From assembly GCA_046484135.1 (NCBI GenBank), contig JAWOBU010000226.1, forward strand, positions 1 to 30,730: DNA of 30,730 nt, in the 5' to 3' direction. A program made the translations under genes and the position numbers. Numbering within the stretch: the stretch's first letter is position 1; every line of letters begins with the position of its first letter. Source of the DNA: a bacterium. GTDB lineage: Bacteria > RBG-13-61-14 > DATKZS01. Below are positions 9,683-18,126 of the stretch, piece after piece. Below the pieces are notes generated by a model, which was not told where the DNA came from, did not search any database, and worked only from the letters and a program-made list of their open reading frames with translations.

Positions 9683-10390
9683 ATGTCTATAGTGGCCGAC
9701 AACCTGGAGCGGGTGAAAACGGCCATTGCGGAAGCAGCGGAGCGGTCGGGCCGCGGTCCGGATTCCGTGCTTCTTGTGGCTGTAAGCAAGACCAAGCCGG
9801 CGGAGCTGGTGCGGGAAGCCGTGGACGCGGGCCACTTCGACTTCGGCGAGAACTACGCGCAGGAGCTCCGGGACAAGGCCGCGGCAGTGGACGACGAAAG
9901 GGTCCGGTGGCATTTTATCGGCCACCTTCAGAAGAACAAGGTGAAGTACCTGGCGGGGCTGGCCCATGACATCCAGTCGGTGGACCGGGTAGAGCTGGCC
10001 CGCGAGATAGAAAAGCGCTCGGGCAAAGCGGGGACGGTGATGCGGGCGTTTTTGGAGGTCAACTTAGGCGAAGAGGAGACCAAGTCGGGCGCCCGTGTTG
10101 ACGAGGTCATGGACGTGGTCCGTGAGGTAAGGAGCATGGAGCATATAAAGCTCATCGGGCTTATGACCATGCCGCCTTTCTTTGACGACCCGGAAGGCGT
10201 AAGGCCGTATTACCGGAGACTCCGGGAGCTCCGAGACGAGCTCAGGGACAAGACCGGAGAGCCGGATTTTCTGCCCGAGCTTTCCATGGGACTGTCCGGG
10301 GACTACGAGGTGGCCATCGAGGAAGGGGCCACCATGGTCCGGGTGGGGACCGCCATATTCGGGGAACGGGAAACCGGCCACCAGAGGTAA
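9683..10390 (+). CDS. yggS: PLP homeostasis protein (YggS/PROSC)
   Basis: LVAVSKTK, FGENYAQE, WHFIGHLQKNK, GLMTMPP, LSMG.SGDY..AIEEGAT.VRVGTAIFG. Confidence 0.96.
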   Translation: MSIVADNLERVKTAIAEAAERSGRGPDSVLLVAVSKTKPAELVREAVDAGHFDFGENYAQELRDKAAAVDDERVRWHFIGHLQKNKVKYLAGLAHDIQSVDRVELAREIEKRSGKAGTVMRAFLEVNLGEEETKSGARVDEVMDVVREVRSMEHIKLIGLMTMPPFFDDPEGVRPYYRRLRELRDELRDKTGEPDFLPELSMGLSGDYEVAIEEGATMVRVGTAIFGERETGHQR

Positions 10391-10429
10391 AGAGCGGGAA
10401 GCGGCAAAAGCGCGAAAACGGAGGCGGAG

Positions 10430-11263
10430 ATGGCCAAGACGAAAACACGCAAGATATCCTTTCTGGGCGCGGGCAACATGGGGGAGGCCATGATCAAGGG
10501 CCTTATCCGCAACGGGAGTCCACCCTCATCCATCACGGTCTATGAAAAGGACTCCTCCCGCCTTGCCTACATAACCCGGACCTACAAGGTAAAGAAAGCG
10601 GACAGCCTGGCAGACGCCTTAGAGGCGGACGCGACAGTGGTGGCGGTGAAGCCCAAAGACCTGGACGCCCTCCTGGACAAGGTGGCAGGTACGGAGACCT
10701 CTCTCCCTCTTCTCATCAGCATCGCCGCCGGCATACCGGTGTCGCGGTTTACGGACCGGCTGGGCCCCAAGGCCAGGGTGGTCCGGGTGATGCCCAATAC
10801 CCCGGCCCTGATCGGAAAAGGAGTGTCAGCTTACTTTGCCGGACCGGGCGTCAAATCCAGAGACCTTTCACTGGCAGAGAGTATTGTCAAGGCGCTGGGG
10901 CCCTGCCATAAGGTGGACGACGAGGGCCTCATGGACGCGGTTACCGGTGTGTCAGGCAGCGGGCCCGCCTACGTGTTCGCGGTGGTGGAAGCCATGTCGG
11001 ACGCGGGCGTGAAGATGGGTCTGCCGCGGGCCATGGCCACGTCTCTGGCGGCCAATACAGTGGCGGGGGCCGCGGCAATGGTGGCACAGACGGGCGAACA
11101 CCCTGCCGCGTTGAAGGACAAGGTCACGTCTCCCGGCGGGACCACCATCGCGGGTATGGCCGAGCTCGAGCGGGGCGGCCTGCGGGCGGCGCTTATAAAC
11201 GCGGTGGAGGCCGCGACCATGCGTTCTCGCGAGTTGGGCAACCCTTCTAAAGGGGACAAGTAA
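10430..11263 (+). CDS. proC: Pyrroline-5-carboxylate reductase
   Basis: FLGAGNMG, AVKP, SIAAG, RVMPNTP, TGVSGSGPAY and VTSPGGTT. Confidence 0.96.
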   Translation: MAKTKTRKISFLGAGNMGEAMIKGLIRNGSPPSSITVYEKDSSRLAYITRTYKVKKADSLADALEADATVVAVKPKDLDALLDKVAGTETSLPLLISIAAGIPVSRFTDRLGPKARVVRVMPNTPALIGKGVSAYFAGPGVKSRDLSLAESIVKALGPCHKVDDEGLMDAVTGVSGSGPAYVFAVVEAMSDAGVKMGLPRAMATSLAANTVAGAAAMVAQTGEHPAALKDKVTSPGGTTIAGMAELERGGLRAALINAVEAATMRSRELGNPSKGDK

Positions 11264-11279
11264 AGAAAGGTGGAGAGAA

Positions 11280-11522
11280 ATGATCTGGTTGTTAAACACG
11301 ATTATCGGGGCCTATATCCTTCTGGTAATAGCGCACGTGATCATGTCCTGGACCGGCTGGCTGCGAGGCACGGAAGCGGAGAGATGGGTTTTCACCGCGG
11401 TGGAGCCCGCTTTGAAGCCGCTCCGTCAGGCTCTGGAGCCGGTGCAGAGAAACACGGGGCTGGATTTCTCTCCGGCCCTGCTCATTATCCTCTTGGTCTT
11501 GCTGGAGAGGATATTAACGTGA
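11280..11522 (+). CDS. yggT: YggT family membrane protein
   Basis: Hydrophobic 80 aa protein with ...IMSW...EP.L.PLR...GLDFSP, at the canonical position after proC. Confidence 0.9.
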   Translation: MIWLLNTIIGAYILLVIAHVIMSWTGWLRGTEAERWVFTAVEPALKPLRQALEPVQRNTGLDFSPALLIILLVLLERILT

Positions 11523-11524
11523 GC

Positions 11525-11546
11525 TCGCGACTAAAGTCGCTCGCAC
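11525..11546 (-). repeat. REP-like palindrome, family A, copy 2
   Basis: tcgcgactaaagtcgctcgcac lies immediately after the yggT stop. Confidence 0.8.
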
Positions 11547-11723
11547 TGAAAATCTTTATGTGGGAAACGACAGAGTCGCTTGAAAAAGGAGTAGAAGAGA
11601 AAACAGAAGCGAAAGCGTATTCGGTAGAAGTTCTTTTTGATAATGATGTGGCCGGACCGGCGGGTTGGGGGACGCGGCGGTCCGGAAGCGGAAACGGAAG
11701 CTCTTTGCAGAGGAGGACCTGTC

Positions 11724-12239
11724 ATGAAGATCACGCCGCTGGACGTGGGGAACCATCGTTTCCCCAAACGGTTTCGAGGGTATGACCGCCGGGAGGTTGA
11801 TATCTTCCTGGAGATGGTGAGCCAGGAGATGGAGGAGCTGATCCAGGAGAACCAGTACCTGGCGGAGGAGATGAAAAAACGGACCCAGCATCTGAACGAG
11901 CTCAAGGAAAAAGAGCAGCTCCTGCAGGAGTCCATGCTCACCGCCCAGAAGATGTCCGACGACATGAAGAACAACATGCTGAAAGAGGCCCAGGTAGTGG
12001 TGGCGCAGGCGGAGGTCGAGGCCGAGCAGATATTGAACAAGGGCCGCCAGCGGCTGGTGCAGGTCCAGGACGAGATCATGGAACTGAAGACGGAGCGGAC
12101 CAGGCTCCGGGAGGAGCTCCGTTCCGTGCTCCGTACCTACTCCGCTCTGTTGGAGGCGGGCGAGGAGAAATCGGAGGAAGAAGACGAAGAGGGCATAGAG
12201 TCAAACCTGAAGGTCATGCCCGGCGTCTCGAACAAGTAA
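11724..12239 (+). CDS. divIVA: DivIVA domain protein
   Basis: MKITPLDV...F..RFRGYD..EVD.FL followed by a coiled coil. GAGGAGG RBS before ATG 11724. Confidence 0.93.
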   Translation: MKITPLDVGNHRFPKRFRGYDRREVDIFLEMVSQEMEELIQENQYLAEEMKKRTQHLNELKEKEQLLQESMLTAQKMSDDMKNNMLKEAQVVVAQAEVEAEQILNKGRQRLVQVQDEIMELKTERTRLREELRSVLRTYSALLEAGEEKSEEEDEEGIESNLKVMPGVSNK

Positions 12240-12273
12240 GGGCCGCTTTAGCGCGGAAGACCGGGAACGCCAC

Positions 12274-12570
12274 ATGGCAGAGGAGTGGATCATCCAGAAG
12301 CCGGAGGGGGTATTGATCCGCGTCAAGCTCAAGCCCAGGTCCGGCAGGGACAGCATTGAAGGGGTCAAACAGGACAGACTGGTAGTAAAGGTGTCCGCGC
12401 CCCCGGCGGACAACAAGGCCAACCAGGCCCTTATCGCATTCCTGGCCAGGAAACTGAAAATTCCTGCCTCCGACCTTCAGATCAAGGCCGGCGCAAAGTC
12501 CCGAAACAAGACCGTGCTTGTCCCGGGAGCGGAAAAGAAGCGGGTGGAAAAAGACCTGGACTCGAACTGA
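12274..12570 (+). CDS. yggU: DUF167/YggU family protein
   Basis: VK.KPRS...I.G....L.V.VSAPP.D.KAN.AL..FLA..L......I..G.KSR.K.V. Confidence 0.92.
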   Translation: MAEEWIIQKPEGVLIRVKLKPRSGRDSIEGVKQDRLVVKVSAPPADNKANQALIAFLARKLKIPASDLQIKAGAKSRNKTVLVPGAEKKRVEKDLDSN

Positions 12571-12640
12571 CCGTTTTCCACGCAACCCTGGTTCAAAGTG
12601 AGACATTGTAAAAGACCCTGCGGAAACGGTACATCAAGAC

Positions 12641-12669
12641 GGGGCGGAATCGGGTCGCCCCTTTCTTTT
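12641..12669 (+). terminator. Probable intrinsic terminator of the maf-yggU operon
   Basis: GGGGCG(G)...(T)CGCCCC stem followed by TTTCTTTT. Confidence 0.65.
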
Positions 12670-12718
12670 GTCTCCGGCATGGAGGAGGCCGGCGTTGTTT
12701 ATTTGTTTATTACTGGGG

Positions 12719-12747
12719 TTGACGCCCGGTTCCTAACCTTGTAGGAT
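12719..12747 (+). promoter_or_regulatory. Sigma70-like promoter for the SRPBCC gene
   Basis: TTGACG-N17-TAGGAT about 33 bp upstream of ATG 12781, with a GGAGGT RBS. Confidence 0.6.
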
Positions 12748-12780
12748 ACGCTCATCAAGAGGTGAGCTGGAGGTGTTGAT

Positions 12781-14064
12781 ATGGGGCGGGTTTTTGCATT
12801 TACGGCGGCAGCGGTTTTATTGCTGGTTTCGGTTGTGGTGTGGGCGGCCGGCCGAACGCCTCCTCCTTCGGACAAGTCGGAGCTTCGGGAAGCGTTCAAG
12901 ATCACCTGGAACCAGGAGGTTTTGCCGGAGGGGGCAAAGGCTGGTACGCTTGCGAGCCTTCTTTCGAAGGGGCAGGTGGTGATGATGAACGACGACCCTC
13001 CGGGTGGAATTCCCTGGACCACTGCCGCGGGGGTCATGGTTGACGCTCCTGTAGACCTGGTTTTCAGCACGGCTACCGATTTCGAGAGCTACCCCGAGGT
13101 TGTTCCCATGACGGACGGCGCGGTGGTGGAGCCGGTTTCCGGCATGGACAACCTCTACGAGGTCACCTTTAACGTGGAGATTCTTTTCAGTTGGCTTTCG
13201 GTGGAGTACTCGGTGTACCACTATCACCGCCCCCCTTTCCGCACCGACTGGACCCACGCCGCGGGAGAGTTCGATATCAACTCCGGTTTCTGGCGGACCA
13301 TACCCGCGGACGCAAACCGCCGCACCATGACTTTTTACTCGGTGTACTCGCTTCCCCGCCAGGAGAAGCTCAAGAAACTGTACGCCCGGGAGCCCACCAT
13401 GGAGCTCATGACCAATGTTTGCACTGCCACCATGGTGGTGCGGGCGATGAAGGAGGAGTCGGAAAAGAGGTTCGGCAAGGACATGCCCGCCTTGAAAGAA
13501 TCTCGGGACGTGGAGGAGATTTTGATGGATGATCCCGAGTCCATGCGTCTCATGTCCGAGCAAGGCAAGATAGTGGTGCTGGAGGAAGGGCCCACGGTTT
13601 ACGTTACCGCGGGTACCCTGGTTGATACCCCGTGCGGGTACGCCTTTTCCGTAGTGTCGGATTTCGGGAAGTACGACGATTACCTGCCGGGCATCCGGGA
13701 GGCCGAAGTATTGAGGCAGGGCGAAAAAGGGCCGGTGGTGAGACAGGTGCTGGATATCAAGCTGTGGGAGCTAAACCTGACCGCTGACAAGGAGATCGAG
13801 TACACCCTGGAGAAGCCGAAAAGAATAAGCTGGACCATTGATCGGAGCCGGGGAGGACCCATCGAGGGGTATTGGCGTTTTCTTCCGCAGGACAACAATA
13901 CTAAGTGTTTGATTTTTAACGGAACTACCGAGGACCTCCGGAGTATGAGCCTGGTGTCGCGGGCGGCGCTCCGGATGGTTCCGACCCTGGAGCACGGGCT
14001 GTTGGCTTCGATCACTACTGCCGGCATGGACGCCATCAAGAAGCGGATAGAACAAAAGGAATGA
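12781..14064 (+). CDS. Secreted protein with two START/SRPBCC (polyketide cyclase-like) domains
   Basis: Signal peptide. Two repeats of 'VDAP...F....DF..Y....P' plus 'G.W..(I/L)P.D.N'. Confidence 0.8.
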   Translation: MGRVFAFTAAAVLLLVSVVVWAAGRTPPPSDKSELREAFKITWNQEVLPEGAKAGTLASLLSKGQVVMMNDDPPGGIPWTTAAGVMVDAPVDLVFSTATDFESYPEVVPMTDGAVVEPVSGMDNLYEVTFNVEILFSWLSVEYSVYHYHRPPFRTDWTHAAGEFDINSGFWRTIPADANRRTMTFYSVYSLPRQEKLKKLYAREPTMELMTNVCTATMVVRAMKEESEKRFGKDMPALKESRDVEEILMDDPESMRLMSEQGKIVVLEEGPTVYVTAGTLVDTPCGYAFSVVSDFGKYDDYLPGIREAEVLRQGEKGPVVRQVLDIKLWELNLTADKEIEYTLEKPKRISWTIDRSRGGPIEGYWRFLPQDNNTKCLIFNGTTEDLRSMSLVSRAALRMVPTLEHGLLASITTAGMDAIKKRIEQKE

Positions 14065-14098
14065 GAAGGACTGAGAGCGAGACTTTGGCCGACGACGG

Positions 14099-14135
14099 TG
14101 ACGAAATACGTCAAGAAAAGTAACATTGATGGTCA
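14099..14135 (+). promoter_or_regulatory. Probable enhancer (PilR-type activator binding sites) upstream of pilA
   Basis: Perfect palindrome TGACG-AAATA-CGTCA (14099-14113) and a degenerate copy TAACA-TTGAT-GGTCA (14121-14135), 22 bp apart, about 130-165 bp upstream of the sigma54 site. Confidence 0.55.
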
Positions 14136-14263
14136 ACATTCATTGTTGTATCAAGGGACGGGAGCGGGTTTTTTGTCCGCCCGATGGCGATCCGCTTTTG
14201 TTTTTGCAATGAAATTCATGCCTTGCGAGTCGGATCCATCTATGGTTCTAAAGGAGGGGAAAA

Positions 14264-14280
14264 AGGCATACCGGTTGCAT
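14264..14280 (+). promoter_or_regulatory. Sigma54 (-24/-12) promoter of pilA
   Basis: AGGCAT-ACCGG-TTGCAT, with exact GG-N10-GC spacing. Confidence 0.75.
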
Positions 14281-14419
14281 GAAAAAAGAATGAGAAGTTT
14301 TAATGAATCTAAAAAGGAGGTGATGATAACCGGGATTTTAAAGCTTAAGCAAATCAATACGGGTTTAGGTCCGAAAATCACTTAACAACAAAAATCAAAG
14401 CAGAAAAGGAGATGGAAAG

Positions 14420-14941
14420 ATGAAAAACAGGAAAGGTTTTACACTTATTGAGCTCATGATCGTGGTCGCGATCATCGGCATTCTGGCGGCCCTGGCTATT
14501 CCGGACTTCATGAAGATGCTTGCCAAGAGCAAACAGTCGGAAGCCAAGACCAATCTGGGCTCCATTTTTAACCTTATGACCGCGTATCACGGCGAGCACA
14601 GCACTTACGCCGACACCTTCAACTTAATCGGTTTCGCCCCGGAGGGGGAGAACCTTTATACCTATCGCCTCAGCGCGGCGGCCACGGACTGCACCCCCGA
14701 CCAGCTTAGCACCGAAAATTGTAGCCAGATACAGACCCATGAATCGAAGGGGAACAACAACCAGTGTGATGCCAGCAGCCAAAATGCCGGCCCCGCGGAT
14801 GTCACGCAGACCACGTTTGTATGCTTCGCCTGCGGAAACGTTGACAATGATGATTTCATAGACATATGGACAGTTGACGAATCCAAGCACCTGACTAATA
14901 AGGACATGGACAACGCAGACGCTAACGACGTGAACAATTAA
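14420..14941 (+). CDS. pilA: Type IVa major pilin, Myxococcus-like
   Basis: Class III signal KG|FTLIELMIVVAIIGILAALAIP, then KSKQSEAKTNL, IGFAPE and GN.DND...D.W. AGGAG RBS. Confidence 0.92.
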   Translation: MKNRKGFTLIELMIVVAIIGILAALAIPDFMKMLAKSKQSEAKTNLGSIFNLMTAYHGEHSTYADTFNLIGFAPEGENLYTYRLSAAATDCTPDQLSTENCSQIQTHESKGNNNQCDASSQNAGPADVTQTTFVCFACGNVDNDDFIDIWTVDESKHLTNKDMDNADANDVNN

Positions 14942-14985
14942 AACTCGGGCGGTTGCAACCGTCATTAGATTGGACCTTGCCCAAT

Positions 14986-15015
14986 AAAAAGGGAGGCCGA
15001 AAAAGGCCTCCCTTT
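14986..15015. terminator. Bidirectional intrinsic terminator downstream of pilA
   Basis: AAAAAGGGAGGCC-GAAAAA-GGCCTCCCTTT. Confidence 0.85.
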
Positions 15016-15084
15016 AATATTTGTGGCTCCCCGGTGTCTTTGTGGGTGCACATCGCTCGCATCCGGGGAGGTGTTCTATGTTCC

Positions 15085-15222
15085 TTATATGGCGGTCAGG
15101 TTGAGGACCGTCCGGCGCTTGACCCTTGAGGCGGAAGCGTCCGGCCGGCGGTAAGATTTCCGGAGCAGGACCTGCTTGTACACCCCTTCCCGCGCCTGTT
15201 GTTGATTCTTTTCACGCAGACT
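15085..15222 (-). pseudogene. Probable relic of an IS1634-like transposase N-terminus
   Basis: VKRINNRRGK /frameshift/ VYKQVLLRKSYRRPDASASRVKRRTVLNLT* resembles the IS1634 N-terminal 'Y...LLRESYR...KV(K/R).RT..NL(S/T)' pattern. It is truncated. Confidence 0.55.
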
Positions 15223-15352
15223 GGCTCCCGATTTCAGGGTAAAAGCGCCTTTATTGCCTCTCCTTCCCTTATATAGCACTCACAAGTGCTCCCCTGCTCC
15301 GGAGGCTGGAGCTTGGAATCCTCCCGGTTGTGTTTCTGACGGGCTATATTTT

Positions 15353-16963
15353 TCATCGTGCTCTTGATTGCAGTGCTTCCTGAGCGGTTTCCAGTAGTCC
15401 TTCCGGGAAGCCCATGATCTGGAAGGTGCCCAAAAAGCCGATGAACCACACCACTACTAGACACAGCACCCACAAGAGCAGTCCGTACTTGACAAAGTCA
15501 ATAGGGGCGATCGCTCTCCTGCCGGTGTCCGGATACGTGCCCAGTCCGTAGACGATGGCGTTGTTGGGGGTCCCTACTACGAGAAAGTGGGCGAAGGATG
15601 TTGCAAAGGCCACGGCGAAGCCGGACGCCCAAGGCTCGGCCGCGTGTCCGGACATGATTCCGACCGGGAGCACGATGGGTCCGAGGAGGGCAGTGGTTGC
15701 GGCGTCGGACATGAAGTTGGTCATGAGACCGGAGAAGCCGGACAGTCCGACCCACATGGGGAACCCTTCCTGGATGCCGGCGTACTCGAATGCGTTGAGG
15801 AAATTCTCGGCGAGCCAGAGCGCGGCCCCCGACTCCTTGAGAAGTGCGCCCAGGGTGAGAGCGCCGCAGTACATGAACCAGGCGTCCCAGGAGATGCTCT
15901 TTAAAATCCTTCTCCACTCCGATATTCCGAAGACGACCGGCACGAACAGCGCCAGCAGGGCGGGTCCTCCCAGTCCGAGGTCATGGGACCCCACGATCCA
16001 GAGGACCAGTATGATCAGGAGCATGAAGAGGATCACGTACTCGGGATACTTCATTCTGCCCATGCTCTTGGTTTCTTCTTTCATGGCCTTGAGTCCGGGC
16101 GTCAAGTCCTTGTTCTTTATCTTTCTGGAAAAGAGCACCAGCATGTAGACAGCCACGAGCACGCCGAGGATAGGTACCATGGGCAGTCCGTACTTCATCC
16201 AGGTGAAGAAGTCCATGGGCACGTTGTAGTTTTCCCAGAAGCCCATCATGATGACGTTTCTGCCGCCGGCGGCGGGAGAGCCCACGCCCCCTACATTCAG
16301 GGAGAAGCAGAGTGCGAACAGGAGGAACTTGGCGAGAGCCGGGTCGTGCTTGACCTCTTCCACCGGGCTACGGGAAGCCACGGTGCCGAAGTAGACGGCC
16401 ATCATGACCGGCGTCATGAACGCGCACATGGCGTGTGCGGATATGAACGAGCCGATGACGGACATTCCCACGCAGAGCACGAACACCGGCATGAGAAAGC
16501 CTTTGGTCCATCCCAGTATCCAGGTGGCCAGTCTTTTATGGAGTCCGACCTCGACCACCACCACTCCCATGGCCAGCACCCCCAGCAGGAACAGGGGGGC
16601 GTCGCCGGCAAAGGTCTTTCCGATGCGGGCAGTGGGAAGGAGTTTGAAAAAGTAAGCCAGGATGGGCATGAGCACGCCGGTAAGTCCGATGGGTATGGCT
16701 TCGGTGGCGAAGAAGATGATGGCCATGGGTATGATGCCCAGGACGATCATGGTCTTGTCCGCGGCCTCTTTTACATTGTCGGCAATGCCCCACTCCATCA
16801 TCTGTTGGGCATAATTGTTTTCTTCCATGAGATCAACAAGGCTCTGGGGAGTAGGAACTATAAATCCTATGATTATGAATACTGCAACACCAACGCCGAG
16901 CCAAAGAAGATTACTGGAAAAGATACTTCCGTTTCCAGCTTCGTGTCCGTCGTGATCACTCAT
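15353..16963 (-). CDS. SLC13/DASS family permease
   Basis: Many TM helices. F.TEAIPIG.T, GG.GSP..GGRN, SW......GAL.LG..L..SGAA.WLA, TNFMSD and GTPNNAI. Start ATG 16963 behind GGAGGT. Confidence 0.9.
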   Translation of the reverse strand: MSDHDGHEAGNGSIFSSNLLWLGVGVAVFIIIGFIVPTPQSLVDLMEENNYAQQMMEWGIADNVKEAADKTMIVLGIIPMAIIFFATEAIPIGLTGVLMPILAYFFKLLPTARIGKTFAGDAPLFLLGVLAMGVVVVEVGLHKRLATWILGWTKGFLMPVFVLCVGMSVIGSFISAHAMCAFMTPVMMAVYFGTVASRSPVEEVKHDPALAKFLLFALCFSLNVGGVGSPAAGGRNVIMMGFWENYNVPMDFFTWMKYGLPMVPILGVLVAVYMLVLFSRKIKNKDLTPGLKAMKEETKSMGRMKYPEYVILFMLLIILVLWIVGSHDLGLGGPALLALFVPVVFGISEWRRILKSISWDAWFMYCGALTLGALLKESGAALWLAENFLNAFEYAGIQEGFPMWVGLSGFSGLMTNFMSDAATTALLGPIVLPVGIMSGHAAEPWASGFAVAFATSFAHFLVVGTPNNAIVYGLGTYPDTGRRAIAPIDFVKYGLLLWVLCLVVVWFIGFLGTFQIMGFPEGLLETAQEALQSRAR

Positions 16964-17027
16964 TATTTTACCTCCGGCGGGCAACTTCTTTTTTTTTACG
17001 AAACATCAAAAAAGGGGGATGTGAAAA

Positions 17028-17483
17028 TTATTTATTCTTTCCTTTGTCTTTCAGGGCCGACCAGGGTGAAGTCTGAAGCTCGTCAATCTTGGCCTGCCTT
17101 ATCCTTTCTTCCTGTTCGGCCTTTCTGGCGTATGCCCGGGTGACCTTGCCGATGAGATCATCCGTCTTAGTGGGTTTCATGAGGTAGTCGAAAGCGCCCT
17201 GTTTCATGCCCTCGATGGCCGACTCGACAGTAGCGTGTCCGGTAAGCATGATGACCTCGGTCAAGGGGTGGTCTTTCTTTATTGTCTTCAGGACTTCGAT
17301 TCCGTCCACGCCGGGCATGACGATGTCGAGGATGATTACGTCGTAGTTGAACTGTTGTATTTTCTCGAGCGCTTCCTCGCCGCTGACCGCGGTGCTTACG
17401 TCCATTTCCCGGAGCTCGAGCCTTTCTTTGAGGGGCTTTACGAACTCTTGTTCGTCGTCTACAACCAGTACCCTTATTTTCAT
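17028..17483 (-). CDS. Stand-alone response regulator receiver (RR5) with coiled-coil tail
   Basis: VLVVDDE, VIILD, LTGH and AFDYLMKP; no DNA-binding domain. Confidence 0.92.
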   Translation of the reverse strand: MKIRVLVVDDEQEFVKPLKERLELREMDVSTAVSGEEALEKIQQFNYDVIILDIVMPGVDGIEVLKTIKKDHPLTEVIMLTGHATVESAIEGMKQGAFDYLMKPTKTDDLIGKVTRAYARKAEQEERIRQAKIDELQTSPWSALKDKGKNK

Positions 17484-17498
17484 TCCCTGCTCCTTGTC

Positions 17499-18089
17499 TT
17501 ACTCTGGGATGTCGGGCGGATCGAGCACCATGTGTGATATCTCGTGGAAGACCTCGACCGATCGGAGGACCCCGATTACCTTGCCCCCCTTCATCACCGG
17601 CAGAAGGCTCAGGTTGTTGTCCACCATCTCGTAGACCGCCTTGAGAAAGTGAGTTTCGGCTTCAACGGTTACATTGGCCGGAAGCATTACGTCGGAGACC
17701 TGCCGCTTGGCCCTCTCTTGAATGCCATGCACCAACTGTTCATAGGAGAGCTGAAATCGTTCCAGCATGCCCTTGAACCACTTGTCCTTGCTCATGTCGG
17801 GAACATCCGCGGCAACCCGGAAGTCGAATATCCTCTTTCTTTCCCGCAGAGGTTTTTCTTCCAGCATGCTGGGCTCCAGCCCGCGAAGGATGTCCCGTCT
17901 CCTTACTACTCCCGTGAGCTTGTCATGTTTGTTGAAGACCAGCACGATCCGGGGAAGAGACTTCCTGCCGTCGCATTCGAGCTGCCAGCCCGACATCTTT
18001 TCAATGGTTTCCTTCAGGGTCTGCCGCTCGTAAACCCAGGGATAGTCCTGGATCGCGATCATTAAATCCGCAACTCGTTTGGTTTCCAT
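17499..18089 (-). CDS. CBS-pair domain protein
   Basis: V.DLM...., LV......L.GVV...DIL, VSDVM....TV and LPV..GGKVIGV. Confidence 0.88.
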   Translation of the reverse strand: METKRVADLMIAIQDYPWVYERQTLKETIEKMSGWQLECDGRKSLPRIVLVFNKHDKLTGVVRRRDILRGLEPSMLEEKPLRERKRIFDFRVAADVPDMSKDKWFKGMLERFQLSYEQLVHGIQERAKRQVSDVMLPANVTVEAETHFLKAVYEMVDNNLSLLPVMKGGKVIGVLRSVEVFHEISHMVLDPPDIPE

Positions 18090-18126
18090 GATCAAACTCC
18101 TGTTATATATTAAAAATCCAAACCCT

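Noticed and set aside
11270..11785. 171-aa ORF and the extended divIVA start at 11637
   Set aside because: It overlaps yggT and a REP element. The strong RBS supports ATG 11724.
12570..12690. 6S RNA
   Set aside because: Too short, no long rod with a central bubble, and no zapA context.
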